Under the pieces are notes generated by a model, which ran no database searches, was not told the DNA's origin, and saw only the letters and a program-made list of their open reading frames with translations. Both the position numbers and the translations under genes were made by a program. A DNA stretch of 63,794 nucleotides, counting the filler, from Chiloscyllium plagiosum (Eukaryota), in NCBI RefSeq assembly GCF_004010195.1. It is 7 parts of one record of this genome, joined end to end, with 100 filler letters (N's around TTAATTAATTAA, not from the genome) between each part and the next. Parts side by side here need not be neighbours in the genome. Positions count along the whole stretch, not along the records: positions 31,003 to 36,756 come from NC_057715.1; positions 36,857 to 45,766 come from NC_057715.1; positions 45,867 to 53,566 come from NC_057715.1; 4 more parts are not named here. One strand, given 5' to 3'. Positions 36,330-47,872 of the stretch are shown piece after piece (position 1 is the stretch's first letter; each line of letters starts with the position of its first letter).

Positions 36330-36756
36330 TCTGTATTTTTAGCTCTGCTAAGTCGATTGATTTACAGTAGAAAGATGAGGAGTTAAAAAGTTATCTCAAA
36401 AGATATTTAACAAGAAAGAAAATGAATGCATTTCTGTATGTTATTACTTAACAAATGATGTTTTAATGCGGATATGGAGATCAGCACACACTGAAGCAGG
36501 TCAGACGTGGACAGAAATTCATCAAATTGTTTTGCCTGTTGGGTGTAGAAAGGAGGTGCTGCGAGTGACACATGAGCGACCACCTGGAGATCATTTCGGG
36601 GTGAGGACAATACAGGCTGAAATACAAAGCTATTTTCATTGGCCTGGACTACACAAAGATGTAGTTGAATATTGCCAGACATCTCAAACATGTCACACAG
36701 GCAGTAATAAAACCTGCAACTTTAATACCGATTCCAGCATTTGAGGAACCTTTCCT
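36330..36756 (+). mobile_element. Gypsy integrase zinc-binding (H2C2) region remnant
   Basis: QIVLPVGCRKEVLRVTHERPPGDHFGVRTIQAEIQSYFHWPGLHKDVVEYCQTSQTCH. Confidence 0.85.
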
Positions 36757-36856
36757 NNNNNNNNNNNNNNNNNNNNNNNNNNNNNNNNNNNNNNNNNNNN
36801 TTAATTAATTAANNNNNNNNNNNNNNNNNNNNNNNNNNNNNNNNNNNNNNNNNNNN

Positions 36857-37060
36857 GCTCCAACCTCACTTCCGCCCAGCTCGCGCCGCTCTCTGCTGTG
36901 AGAAGACCGTTGGCGTTGAGGTAAGTTCTTTATATATCAGTCACTTATCTTCCCGACCAGCTCTGCGCTCCAACCTCACTTCCGCCCAGCTCGCGCCGCT
37001 CTCTGCTGTGAAAAGACCGTTGGCATTTCCATGCTGTGAAAAGACCGTTGGCATTTACCT
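36857..37060 (-). mobile_element. CR1 5' UTR tandem monomers (same family as 14115-14292)
   Basis: gctccaacctcacttccgcccagctcgcgccgctctctgctg is repeated. Confidence 0.8.
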
Positions 37061-38122
37061 GACTGAAATGTCAATCCTTTAACTATGTTATAACTACCTG
37101 ACTTCTAACTTATTTTTTAGACACTGTAAGTAATGCTACTACTTTTCCTTTTGTATCCAAAATTTGTACCTTGGTACTTGTACCTAAGCTGGCTCCATTA
37201 GAGGCAGCCATTGTAATTCCTTTCATTGTACTCCTGTATTTCTGTATTGGAGTACACATGACAATAAAGGATATTCTAGTCTATTCTATTTCATTCCATC
37301 TATATGTAAACTCATTTGCCCTTCTTATTTATTTTTCAGCTCCTTTTATTTAAAGTTTTCAGTTTACTTCTCACCTGCAATATTAATTTATTATAAGCTG
37401 TCTCTATCTGTTCAGCAATAGAGATGTGTGCAAACTTTAGATGCACACATATTTCTCCTGTGAAAATGTGAGATGGCTGAAGCCAAACTATCTTTTCTTT
37501 GAAAACCTCCAAATACTAATTTTTACCTGCTAATCCTTGATTCCAATCTAGCACAGCCAGATCTCTTTGCAACTCCTCATGCAATTGTGTATTTCCATTT
37601 TCCATATCCTTCTATAACTATTCTGAACCTAAAGATATTGTGACCACTGTTTTCTAAGTGTCCCTCCACTGAAACGTGCTGCAATCAACACACTTCATTC
37701 TCCAGAACTAGATCCTGCCATACAAAACCAAAACACTAATACTGGAAATCTAAAATAAGAGCAAAAAATACTGCAAATACACTGTGGGCAGGCTTTCTCA
37801 GAGACAGATTTCCTGCCTGTCCACCTGAAGTTGGATAGAGAATACATCCCCACTGATCACAGCTGTCCACAGTTGTTTAACACTCTGTTAATTGGCAGAA
37901 GATGGGACTTCAGCCCTCTCTCAGTGGAAATCTGACAATTGCTGCTGGCCAATGTAGTCTGCTTTATAGCAGTATCATGATTGTGTAATCCCAGAGTTTG
38001 TTACAAATGTCAATGGAGACTGCAGCCAGTAGTCCATCTCTTAGAGACGGTATGAGTACAAATGGCATAATCAAGCATATCCACCAGTGAATGAAGATGT
38101 CTTCATTCAGACTTTCACATGC

Positions 38123-39050
38123 AGTCATAGAGTTATACAGCATGGAAACAGACCTTTCAGTCCAACTAGTCCATGCCAAACTAAATTAGTTCCACATGCC
38201 TGTTCCTAGCCCGTATCCCTCCAAACTCTTCCTATTTATGTACTTATTCAAATGTATTTCAAACATTGTAATTGTGCCCACATCCACCACTTCCTCACGT
38301 TCATTCCACATGAACCACCATTTGCTCCTCGTCTTTTTTAAATCTCTCTTCTCTCAGCTTAAAAATGTGCCCCTAGTCTTGAAATCCCTCATCCCAGAGA
38401 AAAGGCATCTACTCTTAACCCTAGCTAAACCCCTCATGATTTTATAAACTTCTATAAAGTCACTTCTCAACCTCTTTTGCTCCAGTGGAAAGTCCCAGCC
38501 TGTCTGACCTTTCCTTATAATTCAAATCTTGCACCTTGAATCATTCTGGTAAATCTCCACTAAACCCTCTCCAGCTTAATAATAACCTTCTCATAGCTGG
38601 GTGACCAGAACTAGACACAGTACTCCAGAAGAGGCTTCACCAAGGTCCTGTAGAAGCTCAATAATGACTTCCCAATTCCTGTGCTCAAAGACTGAGTATT
38701 GGAGGCAAGCATACTAAGTGTCTTTTTTAACCAGCCTCTATAGATGTGATGCAAACTTCTAAGAATTGTGTACCTGAACCACTAGGTTCCTCTGTTCTAC
38801 AACACTACACAGGACCCTACCATTTACTGTACAAGTCCTACCCTTGTTTGTTGTACCAAATGCAATACCTCACATTTCTCCAGATTGAATTCCATCTGTT
38901 ATTTTTTAGCCCGTTGACCCATTTGATCAAGATCCCTTTGTAATCTTAGAAAACCTCCTTCACTGTCTACCATGCCACCAGTTTTGGTGTCATCTGCAAA
39001 CTTACTAACTAAGACTCCTATATTCTCATTCAAATCATTTATATAAATGA
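38123..39050 (-). mobile_element. CR1 3' fragment, degenerate
   Basis: CR1 tail and ttggtgtcatctgcaaacttactaa (SKFADDTK on minus). Confidence 0.8.
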
Positions 39051-41743
39051 TTAGATTATCAACTTTCCGTCGAGGAGAGAATATGGGACTGCATATTTGG
39101 TGAGAATTTGGTGAGATCAGATGAAATCACCTGCTGCACTTCTCCTGATGGGAGTGAGAGGGAGAGGGAGAGAAAATGGTATCTGCTTGGTGCAGGGATG
39201 GTGGTTGCTTTGGGGTTTCTGCATAGTCATGATGGTGAAATCCAGTCCATCGCAGGAGCTGCATTTACATGTTCTGACTGATATTGAGGACTTTTCATTT
39301 CTCTTTAGACAGGATCCTGTAATCAGAGCTTTAGGTGCTGGTGTCTTAACCTAAGTTACCTCCCTGTACAGCATATCCTTGTGATATGGCCATCGTCCAT
39401 TCTGTGAACCTGCCCAAACTACAGAAGATTTCTTTGCTTAATTAGCACTAGCACATTTGGCATATTTGCCCTGAAAAGGATGGTTTCATTGGTGACTATG
39501 TGATAGCAAGCATATGTCATAGATACTAAAATTGTAATTAATGAGCTTTTTGTCTTGATAGGTTTCACTGTCACAGCAACCTACTTGTAAGGTAAGCTTT
39601 ATAAATAAGCAGCTTGGCCTTGTGATTAAGTTTGTTGTTTTTTGCTGTGCTTGTCTTATTAATCAGCCAAAATTAGTAGCTGTCTTTCAAATGTATATAT
39701 TGAGTTCTTCATCAAGGGACAATTTGTCTACTACCATAGATACAAGTTACAGGATTTGCTGACTACCTCCAGTTGAATTTGATCAAAGCAATATTTTGTC
39801 CCATAACTATAGTTTTCAGGACAATTATGATGAGGGAGCAAATGGTTTAGGGCATGGGAAAAATGATCCATTTGTCACTGTCCATTTTTATTCATCTTGA
39901 CCATTCCGTGTAAACCAAGGCATGAAAGGCTGATCTAATTCTTGGGTTAAAGACCCCCAAGAGAAGTAATTGTTCTCCATATAACAAATATTCCAGAATA
40001 TCACCTCAGAATCACAGATGTGAACTTTGCCTTCAGCAGTGGCATCTAAGTTTGGCACATAGTTTGGATGTATAGTTAATTTATTAATTGTTGTCTCTGT
40101 ATATTCCCCCTACTGAATTCTGACCTTCTTTAACTCCATGTTACTATATAAGCAATGTCCAACTTCAAATGCCTACTACCCATATAAATTTCATCCTTTG
40201 CTTCAAAGGTCCTATTTCTTCTCTCCAGCACACCAGGAAGATGTGAATGGTCACTATCTACATTTGTGACGGCTGTTCACTTATAGATTACCTTGCTCAA
40301 TAACATTCTCAAACAGAAATTGTTGCTAATTCTTAATTACTAGCACTTAGACACAAATGATTTAACTACTGAATCAAATGAATTTAAAGACCTTACAACT
40401 CTTTTTCCTTAAGCTGCATCCTGCTTCCAAATTGTGGATATTTATTATTCCTATTAATTGTCCCATGTTCTCAAAGCAAAGCATATTTACTGCTTCTATC
40501 TTCTCATGAATCTTAGAAATCATCCTTACTTATTCTTAACAACAGAGATCAAACAATGCTATTTGATTACAGTTCTAACATATTTTAACATGATTACCCT
40601 TCACATGTTTAGACATTTCAAAATTCTATATGCAAATAAATCAACTGGTCCCTTTTATAATCTACATTTGGTATATGTGTTATTTGACTTCATGCTTTAT
40701 TTCTGCTATTTTTCTCTAGCTAATCTCCAACAGCCTTGACACTTTACAGGAATGATGAATAAATGAAGCAGTCTCATTTTGCTCCATGATTCATTTATTT
40801 CATCTTTTGACCTTTTCTAACCACGTGGCTTTGGCATCACTGCTCCACTAGTGACTCCTGAGGAATTTGACCTCTTTGCATGATCGTTTGGATTTTCTCA
40901 ATGAATGTTTTTCTGCTTGCCAAGCGTAGTTCTGCCTCTTCACCCATTGTCTCTGGTCCTGAGTCTTCCTCCAGATTTTTGGATCTCGTCCACATCTGTC
41001 CAGTATTCCAGACAGCTAAACCCTCTAGTTTAACCACATGTAGTAAATTAAAACATACTCAACCAAATGCAGTGTCGGGACCATGGATATAACATGACTT
41101 CCTGAGAAGATGTCAAACTGTTGTAGGGGTTTAACTTAACAAATTGACAGAGGGCACAAAGAGGATGAGAAAACTTCATTTATGCTCATATGGAGAGATG
41201 CGTTAAAGCAGAAGGTCAAAGCTCACTCTGCTGAGTTACAGAAAACCTTCAAGCTTTAAACAGATTACAACATGCACATTACAAAACGCCACACATCAAT
41301 ATCCACACATCGCATTGTTTGCCCCAGTCATTGTAGGTGTTATCTGTCCCTCACTCAAAATCTTTGACAGCATGGCTTTTGGCTACTAAGCTTGACTGTG
41401 ATAGAGTCATAGAGCTTTTGCAGCTCAAAAAGAAGCTATTCAGTCCATCATGCTCACACCAACCATCAAACATCCACCTATTCTAAAACAAAAGCAAAAA
41501 TTGCAGGAAAAACTCAGGAGGTCTGACAGCATCTGTGAAGACAAAGCAGAGTTAACATTTCAGGTCTGATTACTCTTCTTCAGATATCTAATGAGAGAAT
41601 AGCCCCATGGTCTAGTAGGACTATGATGATTTTACCTTTACAAATAGCTCTTAAATGTCTTGAGGAGTCCTGCCTATATCACCCTTTTACACCATGAATT
41701 CCATTTTCCTTAAATCCCCTCTAAATCTCCTGCTTGTTACTTT

Positions 41744-42540
41744 TGTTATGAAATGGAAGGCGTGTGCTGTACCTTTGAGAGAGAGTGAATGCTGTTCTGA
41801 ACTGAGAGCTTATAAGCACCTGTATATATGACAAGATGGCAGTCCCAGAGTGTACTGGAAAATTGAAAATATGTAACATTTGGCTGAGAAATGGATACCT
41901 AAGTTTTGGTTGCTGGCTTGACAACAATTTGAATTTATCCAGTCAGTTTAAATTATGCCCCATGATCCTAAAACCCAATCAAGTTTGAATTTATTGTTTT
42001 GCCAACATAGAACCAACGAGACAATCCAACGTTTTGGGGGTGGGGCATATAAAATGTAGGCATTTTGAAAATTGATCAGAGAGCAACTGTCATCAAGATA
42101 GAAATGCATAGACAGCTAACATCTTCTCCGAGAAAGTAGGAAACACTCTCTATCAAAAGTATCTTTTCATATGAAACATGCTCACAGTAAAAAGAAAGAT
42201 GACGATTTAGAGATCCTCAGTCAGAAGAAGAAAGACACAGAGGATGATCACGGCTGTGTGGTTTTTACATTAATTTGATGTAATTTTGGTAAATATCTGA
42301 TTGGATCAGCATATTGTTATCGAGTCGGAGGCAGATAATTAGCAGTTAAGAGAAAGGAGGGTTTAGAATTGTGAATAGTTGCTTAATGTTAATTTTGAGA
42401 GTTAAAAAAAACATTATCTTCTTTAAATAGTGGAATTTGTGAGTTCTCTGTCACTCATACTTTAACAGATTACAAGGCCAGGCAAGCTTTTCTGTGTGTT
42501 TGGTTTAATTAACAGAAGGATTCACCTCCATGTAGTAACA
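41744..42540 (+). mobile_element. Solo LTR (~800 bp) inserted into a CR1 3' end
   Basis: Termini tgttat...gtaaca with flanks cttt/tttt. Internal ccaatc and tataaaa. The CR1 sequence resumes across it. Orientation is inferred from the TATA motif. Confidence 0.7.
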
Positions 42541-44600
42541 TTTTGAAACAATGTCCCCTGATATTTGACCCCTCCACTAAAGGGAAAGGTTTCTCCCTAA
42601 TCACCCTGTCTATGCCCCTCAAAACTTTGAACATCTCATTCAGATCCCCTCTCAGTATTTGCTGCTTTATGTAAAACAAACTTAGCCTATCTAAACCATG
42701 GTGAATCTCTTCTGCGCCTTTTCTAGTGTAATTACATCCTTCCTATAGTGTGGTAAACAGAACTGCACATGGTTAGGCCATAACTGGAGTACTAATGTTA
42801 TATAAAGCTTCTTCATAATGCCCTCCTCCTGCATTCAAGGTCTTGACTAATAAAGTCAAGTATCCTATATGCCTTCTTAACCACCTTATCAACCTGTCAT
42901 AGAGAAGTGGCAGATAGAATTTAATTCAGATAAATGCGAAGTGCTGCATTTTGGGAAAGCAAAGTGTTGCTGAACAAAGAGACCTTGGAGTGCAGGTTCA
43001 TAGCTCCTTGAAAGTAGAGTCGCAGGTAGATAGGATAGTGAAGGTGGCGTTTGGTATGCTTTCCTTTATTGATCAGAGTATTGAGTACAGGAGTTGGGAG
43101 GTCATGTTGTGGCTGTACAGGACATTGGTTAGGCCACTGTTGGAATATTGGGTGCAATTCTGGTCTCCTTCCTATCGGAAAGGTGTTGTGAAACTAGAAA
43201 GGGTTCAGAAAAGATTTTCAAGGATGTTGCCAGGGTTGGAGGATCTGAGCTACAGAGAGAGGCTGAAAAGGCTGGGGTTAATTTCCCTGGAGAGTCAAAG
43301 ACTGAGGGGTGACCTTATGAAGATTTATAAAATCATGAGGTGTATGGATAGGTTGAACAGCCAGGGGACTCTATATACAGCATGGAAACAGACACTTTAG
43401 TCCAACTCGTCCATGTTGACCAGACCTGTCCTGGTCCCTTCAAGGATTTATAGACATACATACCAGGGTTCCTCTGGTCCTCTACACTTTCTAGGGTCCT
43501 ACCATTGAAACCGTGCTCCCTTGACTTGTTAATCCTTCCAAAATGCATCACTTGACAAATTTCAGGATTAAATTCTATTTTTCACTGTTCAGCCCATCTG
43601 ACCAAACTGTCCATATTGTTCAGTCTTTTGAGACCTGCTTCTTCAATATTTAGTATTTCACCAATTTTTGTGTCATGTATAAACTTACTGATCACACATC
43701 TTACATTCACATCTATATCATTAACATCAAGAAAATGGATAGCATGACCAGCACTGAACCCTGTCACATGCCACTGGACACAAGCTTTCAATCACTAAAC
43801 CACCCTTCAACCATCACCCTTTGCTTTGTGCCACTAAGCCAATTTTGTATCCAATTTACCAAATCCACGTGTTTATCAAAAACTTAAGCTTCTTAACCAA
43901 AATGCCGTTGCAATGTAGACTACATCTACTGCACTATTCTTATCTACACACCTAACTACATGCTTGAAAGATCTAATCAAATTTATTAGATATAAATTCT
44001 CCCTTACAATGCCATGCTGACTACCTGTGACTAATCCCTGCCTCATCAAGTGGACATCAATTACAACAATTTTGTAATGTTTGCAATAATTTCCTTTCCA
44101 CAGATGTTAGACTCACTGGCCTGTAGTTTACCGGTTTATCCCTATTAGCCTTCTTGAATAATGGTACCACATTAGCACCACAGAGGACTTGAAATTTAAT
44201 GTCAGAATTCCTGAAATTTCCTCATTTGCCTTCCATAGCAATCTTAGATATTTCTCATCTGGCCTTGAGGGCTTTATTCACTTTCAAGACAGCTAAAACC
44301 ACTAATACCTGCTAATTTGTTGAAGCATATTACAGTAACTTCCTAATTTCTAGACTCACTACCCTTTTTCTATTGTGAATAGATGCAAGGTACTCATTTA
44401 AAAATGTTGGCTGTGTCTTCCAGCTCCACACACAGATTGCAACTTTGGGTCCTAATAGGTCCTATTCTTTCCAGGTTTATTTTCTTGCCCTAGGTAGTTA
44501 TAAAAAGCCTTTGGATTTTCCTTAATGTTCCCCACAAGACTGTTTTCAAGACCACTGTTTGATTTCCTAATTTCATTTTTAAGCAACCCTCTGCTCTTTA
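42541..44600 (-). mobile_element. Old CR1 (minus) interrupted by a younger CR1 fragment (+, ~42900-43425)
   Basis: Minus strand: ISKFIHDTKIG and MHFGRINK. Plus strand: LVRPLLEYWVQFWSP. Confidence 0.8.
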
Positions 44601-44906
44601 CATTTTCATTTAGTCAATCTGTTCTGAGGTATTCTTGCACAACTCTGGGGAAGGTGAGACATGAATCTGGGCCACCTGCCTCAGAGGTGTGACATTACCA
44701 ATAGACCACAAGAGCCCCACACCCCCACATTTTATGTTCTACTTCAGGGCATCTGCTTTTTGCCAAGCCTGGATGCCTTGTTTATTAGTTCCCAAGTGAT
44801 TTACTAGCTTCACTTAATGCTAACTGTATGGCTAAAGCTTTGGTCAAGAACTAACCTAACTGCTTCATGGTAACAAAACCCTCATCAGGTTGAATTTATG
44901 TAGTTC

Positions 44907-45706
44907 AGGAGATTCGACGTTTCGGGCACAGGCCCTTCTTCAGGAATGAGCAGAGAGTGTTCAGCAGGAGAAGATAAAAGGTAGGGAGGAGGGACTTGGA
45001 GGAGGGGCGTTGGAAATGTGATAGGTGGAAAGAGGTCAAGGTGAGGGTGATAGGTCGGAGTAGGATGGAGGCGGAGAGGTCAAGAAGAAGACTGCAGGTC
45101 AGGAAGGCGGAGCCGGGCTGGAGGGATTCGGCTGAGACAAGGGGAGGGGGGATGAAGAAACTGGTGAAGTCCAAGTTCATCCCCTGCGGTTCTCTGGGCC
45201 ACCCAGACGAACCAACCCAACCAACCTGTAGCACAGCATTTCAACTCCCCCTCCCACTCCACCGAGGATATGCAGGTCATTGGACTCATCCACCGCCAAA
45301 CCACAACAACGCGACGGTCGGAGGAGGAGCGTCTTATCTTCCGACTGGGAACCCTCCAACCACAGGCAATGAACTTGGACTTCACCAGTTTCTTCATCCC
45401 CCCATCCCCCCAACTTGTCTCAGCCGAATCCCTCCAGCCCGGCACCGCCCTCCTGACCTGCAGTCTTCTTCTTGACCTCTCCGCCTCCATCCTACTCCAA
45501 CCTATCACCCTCACCTTGACCTCTTTCCACCTATCACATTTCCAACGCCCCTCCTCCAAGTCCCTCCTCCCTACCTTTTATCTTCTCCTGCTGAACACTC
45601 TCTGCCCATTCCTGAAGAAGGGCCTGTGCCCGAAACGTCGAATCTCCTATTCCCTGGATGCTGCCTGACCTGCTGTGCTGTTCCAGCAATAAAGTTTCAA
45701 CTTTGA
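44907..45706. mobile_element. Young PLE 3' end with an inverted terminal repeat (44907-45180 versus 45369-45648)
   Basis: Near-identical inverted arms. GIY-YIG C-terminus EEERLIFRLGTLQPQAMNLDF on +. Confidence 0.9.
45608..45643 (+). ncRNA. Minimal type I hammerhead ribozyme motif (mirror copy on minus at 44912-44947)
   Basis: attc-CTGAAGA-a-gggc(ctgt)gccc-GAAA-cg-TC-gaat: stem I attc/gaat, 4-bp stem II and a GUC cleavage triplet. Confidence 0.78.
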
Positions 45707-45866
45707 TCCCTGCGGTACCCCACTGGCCACTGCCTGCCATTCCGAAATGGAGCCGTTTATCACTACNNNNNNNNNNNNNNNNNNNNNNNNNNNNNNNNNN
45801 NNNNNNNNNNTTAATTAATTAANNNNNNNNNNNNNNNNNNNNNNNNNNNNNNNNNNNNNNNNNNNN

Positions 45867-46154
45867 GAGTGTGGTGTTGGGGGTGGTGTTGGTGGTGGGC
45901 GACCAGCGATGTTGGAGACGGGCAGGGTCGATATTGGATGTGTTTGGGCGGGGGGGTGAGGGGAGTTTTTGGGGACCAGGTGGGGGGACGGGGCTCACAC
46001 ATGATTTGCTGCTGCCTAGTCTCCTGAACGGGGAGCAGACCTTACTGAAAACTCCGAGCCGCAGAGGAGATGCATTGAATTGATTAAGCGAATAATCAAT
46101 TATCCGAACAAAATAGTGTCCGCCCATCTCCATCGAATAATCGACGTTCCTCTG
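45867..46154. mobile_element. Tigger-like non-autonomous element, right end
   Basis: Ends aataatcgacgttcctctg|TA with internal attatccga repeats, as in 23725-23898. Confidence 0.6.
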
Positions 46155-47062
46155 TATAATGTCACTCTGTTATCAGGTCTCCCTGCTGTCAGGAACATTC
46201 CAGCAATCATATGATTCCCCTCTACTACCAGGAAGGAAGTTTCTCTCCACTATCTACAGTTACTTATTTAAAGAAATTCAGTTAAATTACTTAACATTAG
46301 CCCAGATGTATAAAATGTAATGGCAATTGCCTAAAAAGTCATTGATTATAGTGAGATCAACTTTTCTTTTTGATATTTAAAAAATAACAAACTTTAAGCA
46401 AGCTTGCTGGAAGATTTCCATCCAAGCTTCCCATATCAGGAATGTCTGATGTTGCTCTTTCTCTTTAAAATTCCCATGAGACATTTTCTGACTGTGGGAA
46501 CTGCTGTGTTTGGCTTGCAATTCTTTGAACAAGTTCTCTGCCTCCCTCAGTCCTGAAGAAGGGTTACACCTGAAATGTCGACTTCTTCACCTGCTGATGT
46601 TGCCTGGCTTGTTGTATCCTTCCAACTTCCTGCTTGTCTACCCTGCAATTCTCTTCAGTCATCTTGTGTCTACTAAAAGCCACAAGCATCCATTTTATGT
46701 AACCTTCAACCATGGGCAACTCCAACATTTATCATCTGCTTGACATAATAGCATTCCTAATCTCAGTTCAGTACCTTTTGGCTGGAGGTTACTGAGCTGT
46801 GACAGATGGTGACTAAACAAGGGAATACAATAATCCTTCTCACCATTAGGGGCAACTTTAGACCTTGCCCTTACACTGGTGAGCTGGTGCTGTAACCAAT
46901 AAACTGTGATCTTTGATTCTGGAAATAGTAAGGACAAAGCTCCTCTCCATTTGTTATCAGGAATGTAGTGTCCTCTTTGTTTCCTTTTTGAGGTATGGCC
47001 TGTACAGGATTTGGAGACACAAACTTGACCACTATCTTTCTCTCCTGCTTGTCTCGGGTATC

Positions 47063-47292
47063 GGGTGGTGAGGGAGCTGCAGTGGAGGAGGCCCAGGACC
47101 TGCATGTCCTTGGCAGAATGGGAGGGGGAGTTGAAATGTTGGGCCACGGGGCGGTGGGGTTGATTGGTGCGGGTGTCCCGGAGATTATCCCTGAAGCGCT
47201 CTGCGAGGAGGCATCCAGTCTCCCCAAAGTAGAAGAGACCGCATCGGGAGCAACGGATACAATAAATGACATTGGTGGAAGTGCAGGTGAAC
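47063..47292 (-). mobile_element. PLE GIY-YIG endonuclease fragment
   Basis: FTCTSTNVIYCIRCSRCGLFYFGETG...RFRDNL...PVAQHFNSPSHS. Confidence 0.9.
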
Positions 47293-47299
47293 AGATTGT

Positions 47300-47872
47300 T
47301 GATGATCATCACTCCCAGAAACTTGACACTCTTGATGTCTCCACCTCAGCATCACTGATGCAGACAGGGACATGCCCTTTTCCCCAACTTCCTGAAGTCA
47401 ATGACCAGGTCCTTCATTATGCTGACGTTGAAGAAGAAATTGTTGTCCTTACACCATGCCACTAAGCATTCAATCTCTTTCCTACATTTTGTCTCATGCT
47501 TGTTTGAGATCCATCCTACAAAGGTGGTGTTGTCAGAAAACCTGTAAATGGAGGTGGGCCAGAATTTGACTACACAGCTGTGAGTGAATAAGGAGTATAG
47601 TGGGGAGGTGGGGTTGAGTGTGCAGTGATGCCTTGTTGAGGAAGTCTTGTTGCCTATTCTAACTGATTGCAGGCTATGGGTTAAGAAATCGAGAATCCAG
47701 TTAGAGAGGGGAGATCCGAGACATAGGACTTGAAGCTTAGAGATGACGTTGTTTGGAATTATGGTATTGGAACCTGAGATAGGTATCCTTGTTATCCAGA
47801 TGTTTCAGGGATGAGTGTAGTGCCAGGGAGATGTTGCCTGGCTTGTTGTTACCCGTGGACCTGTTGCACCAA
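47300..47872 (-). mobile_element. Rex/Babar-type LINE RT remnant
   Basis: ISLALHSSLKHLDNKDTY, plus downstream LNVSIMKDLVIDFRK-like and FLGV motifs on minus. Confidence 0.65.

Noticed and set aside
40837..41037. Minus-strand 66-aa ORF as a host exon
   Set aside because: No recognisable homology or splice framing. More likely a decayed LINE region.
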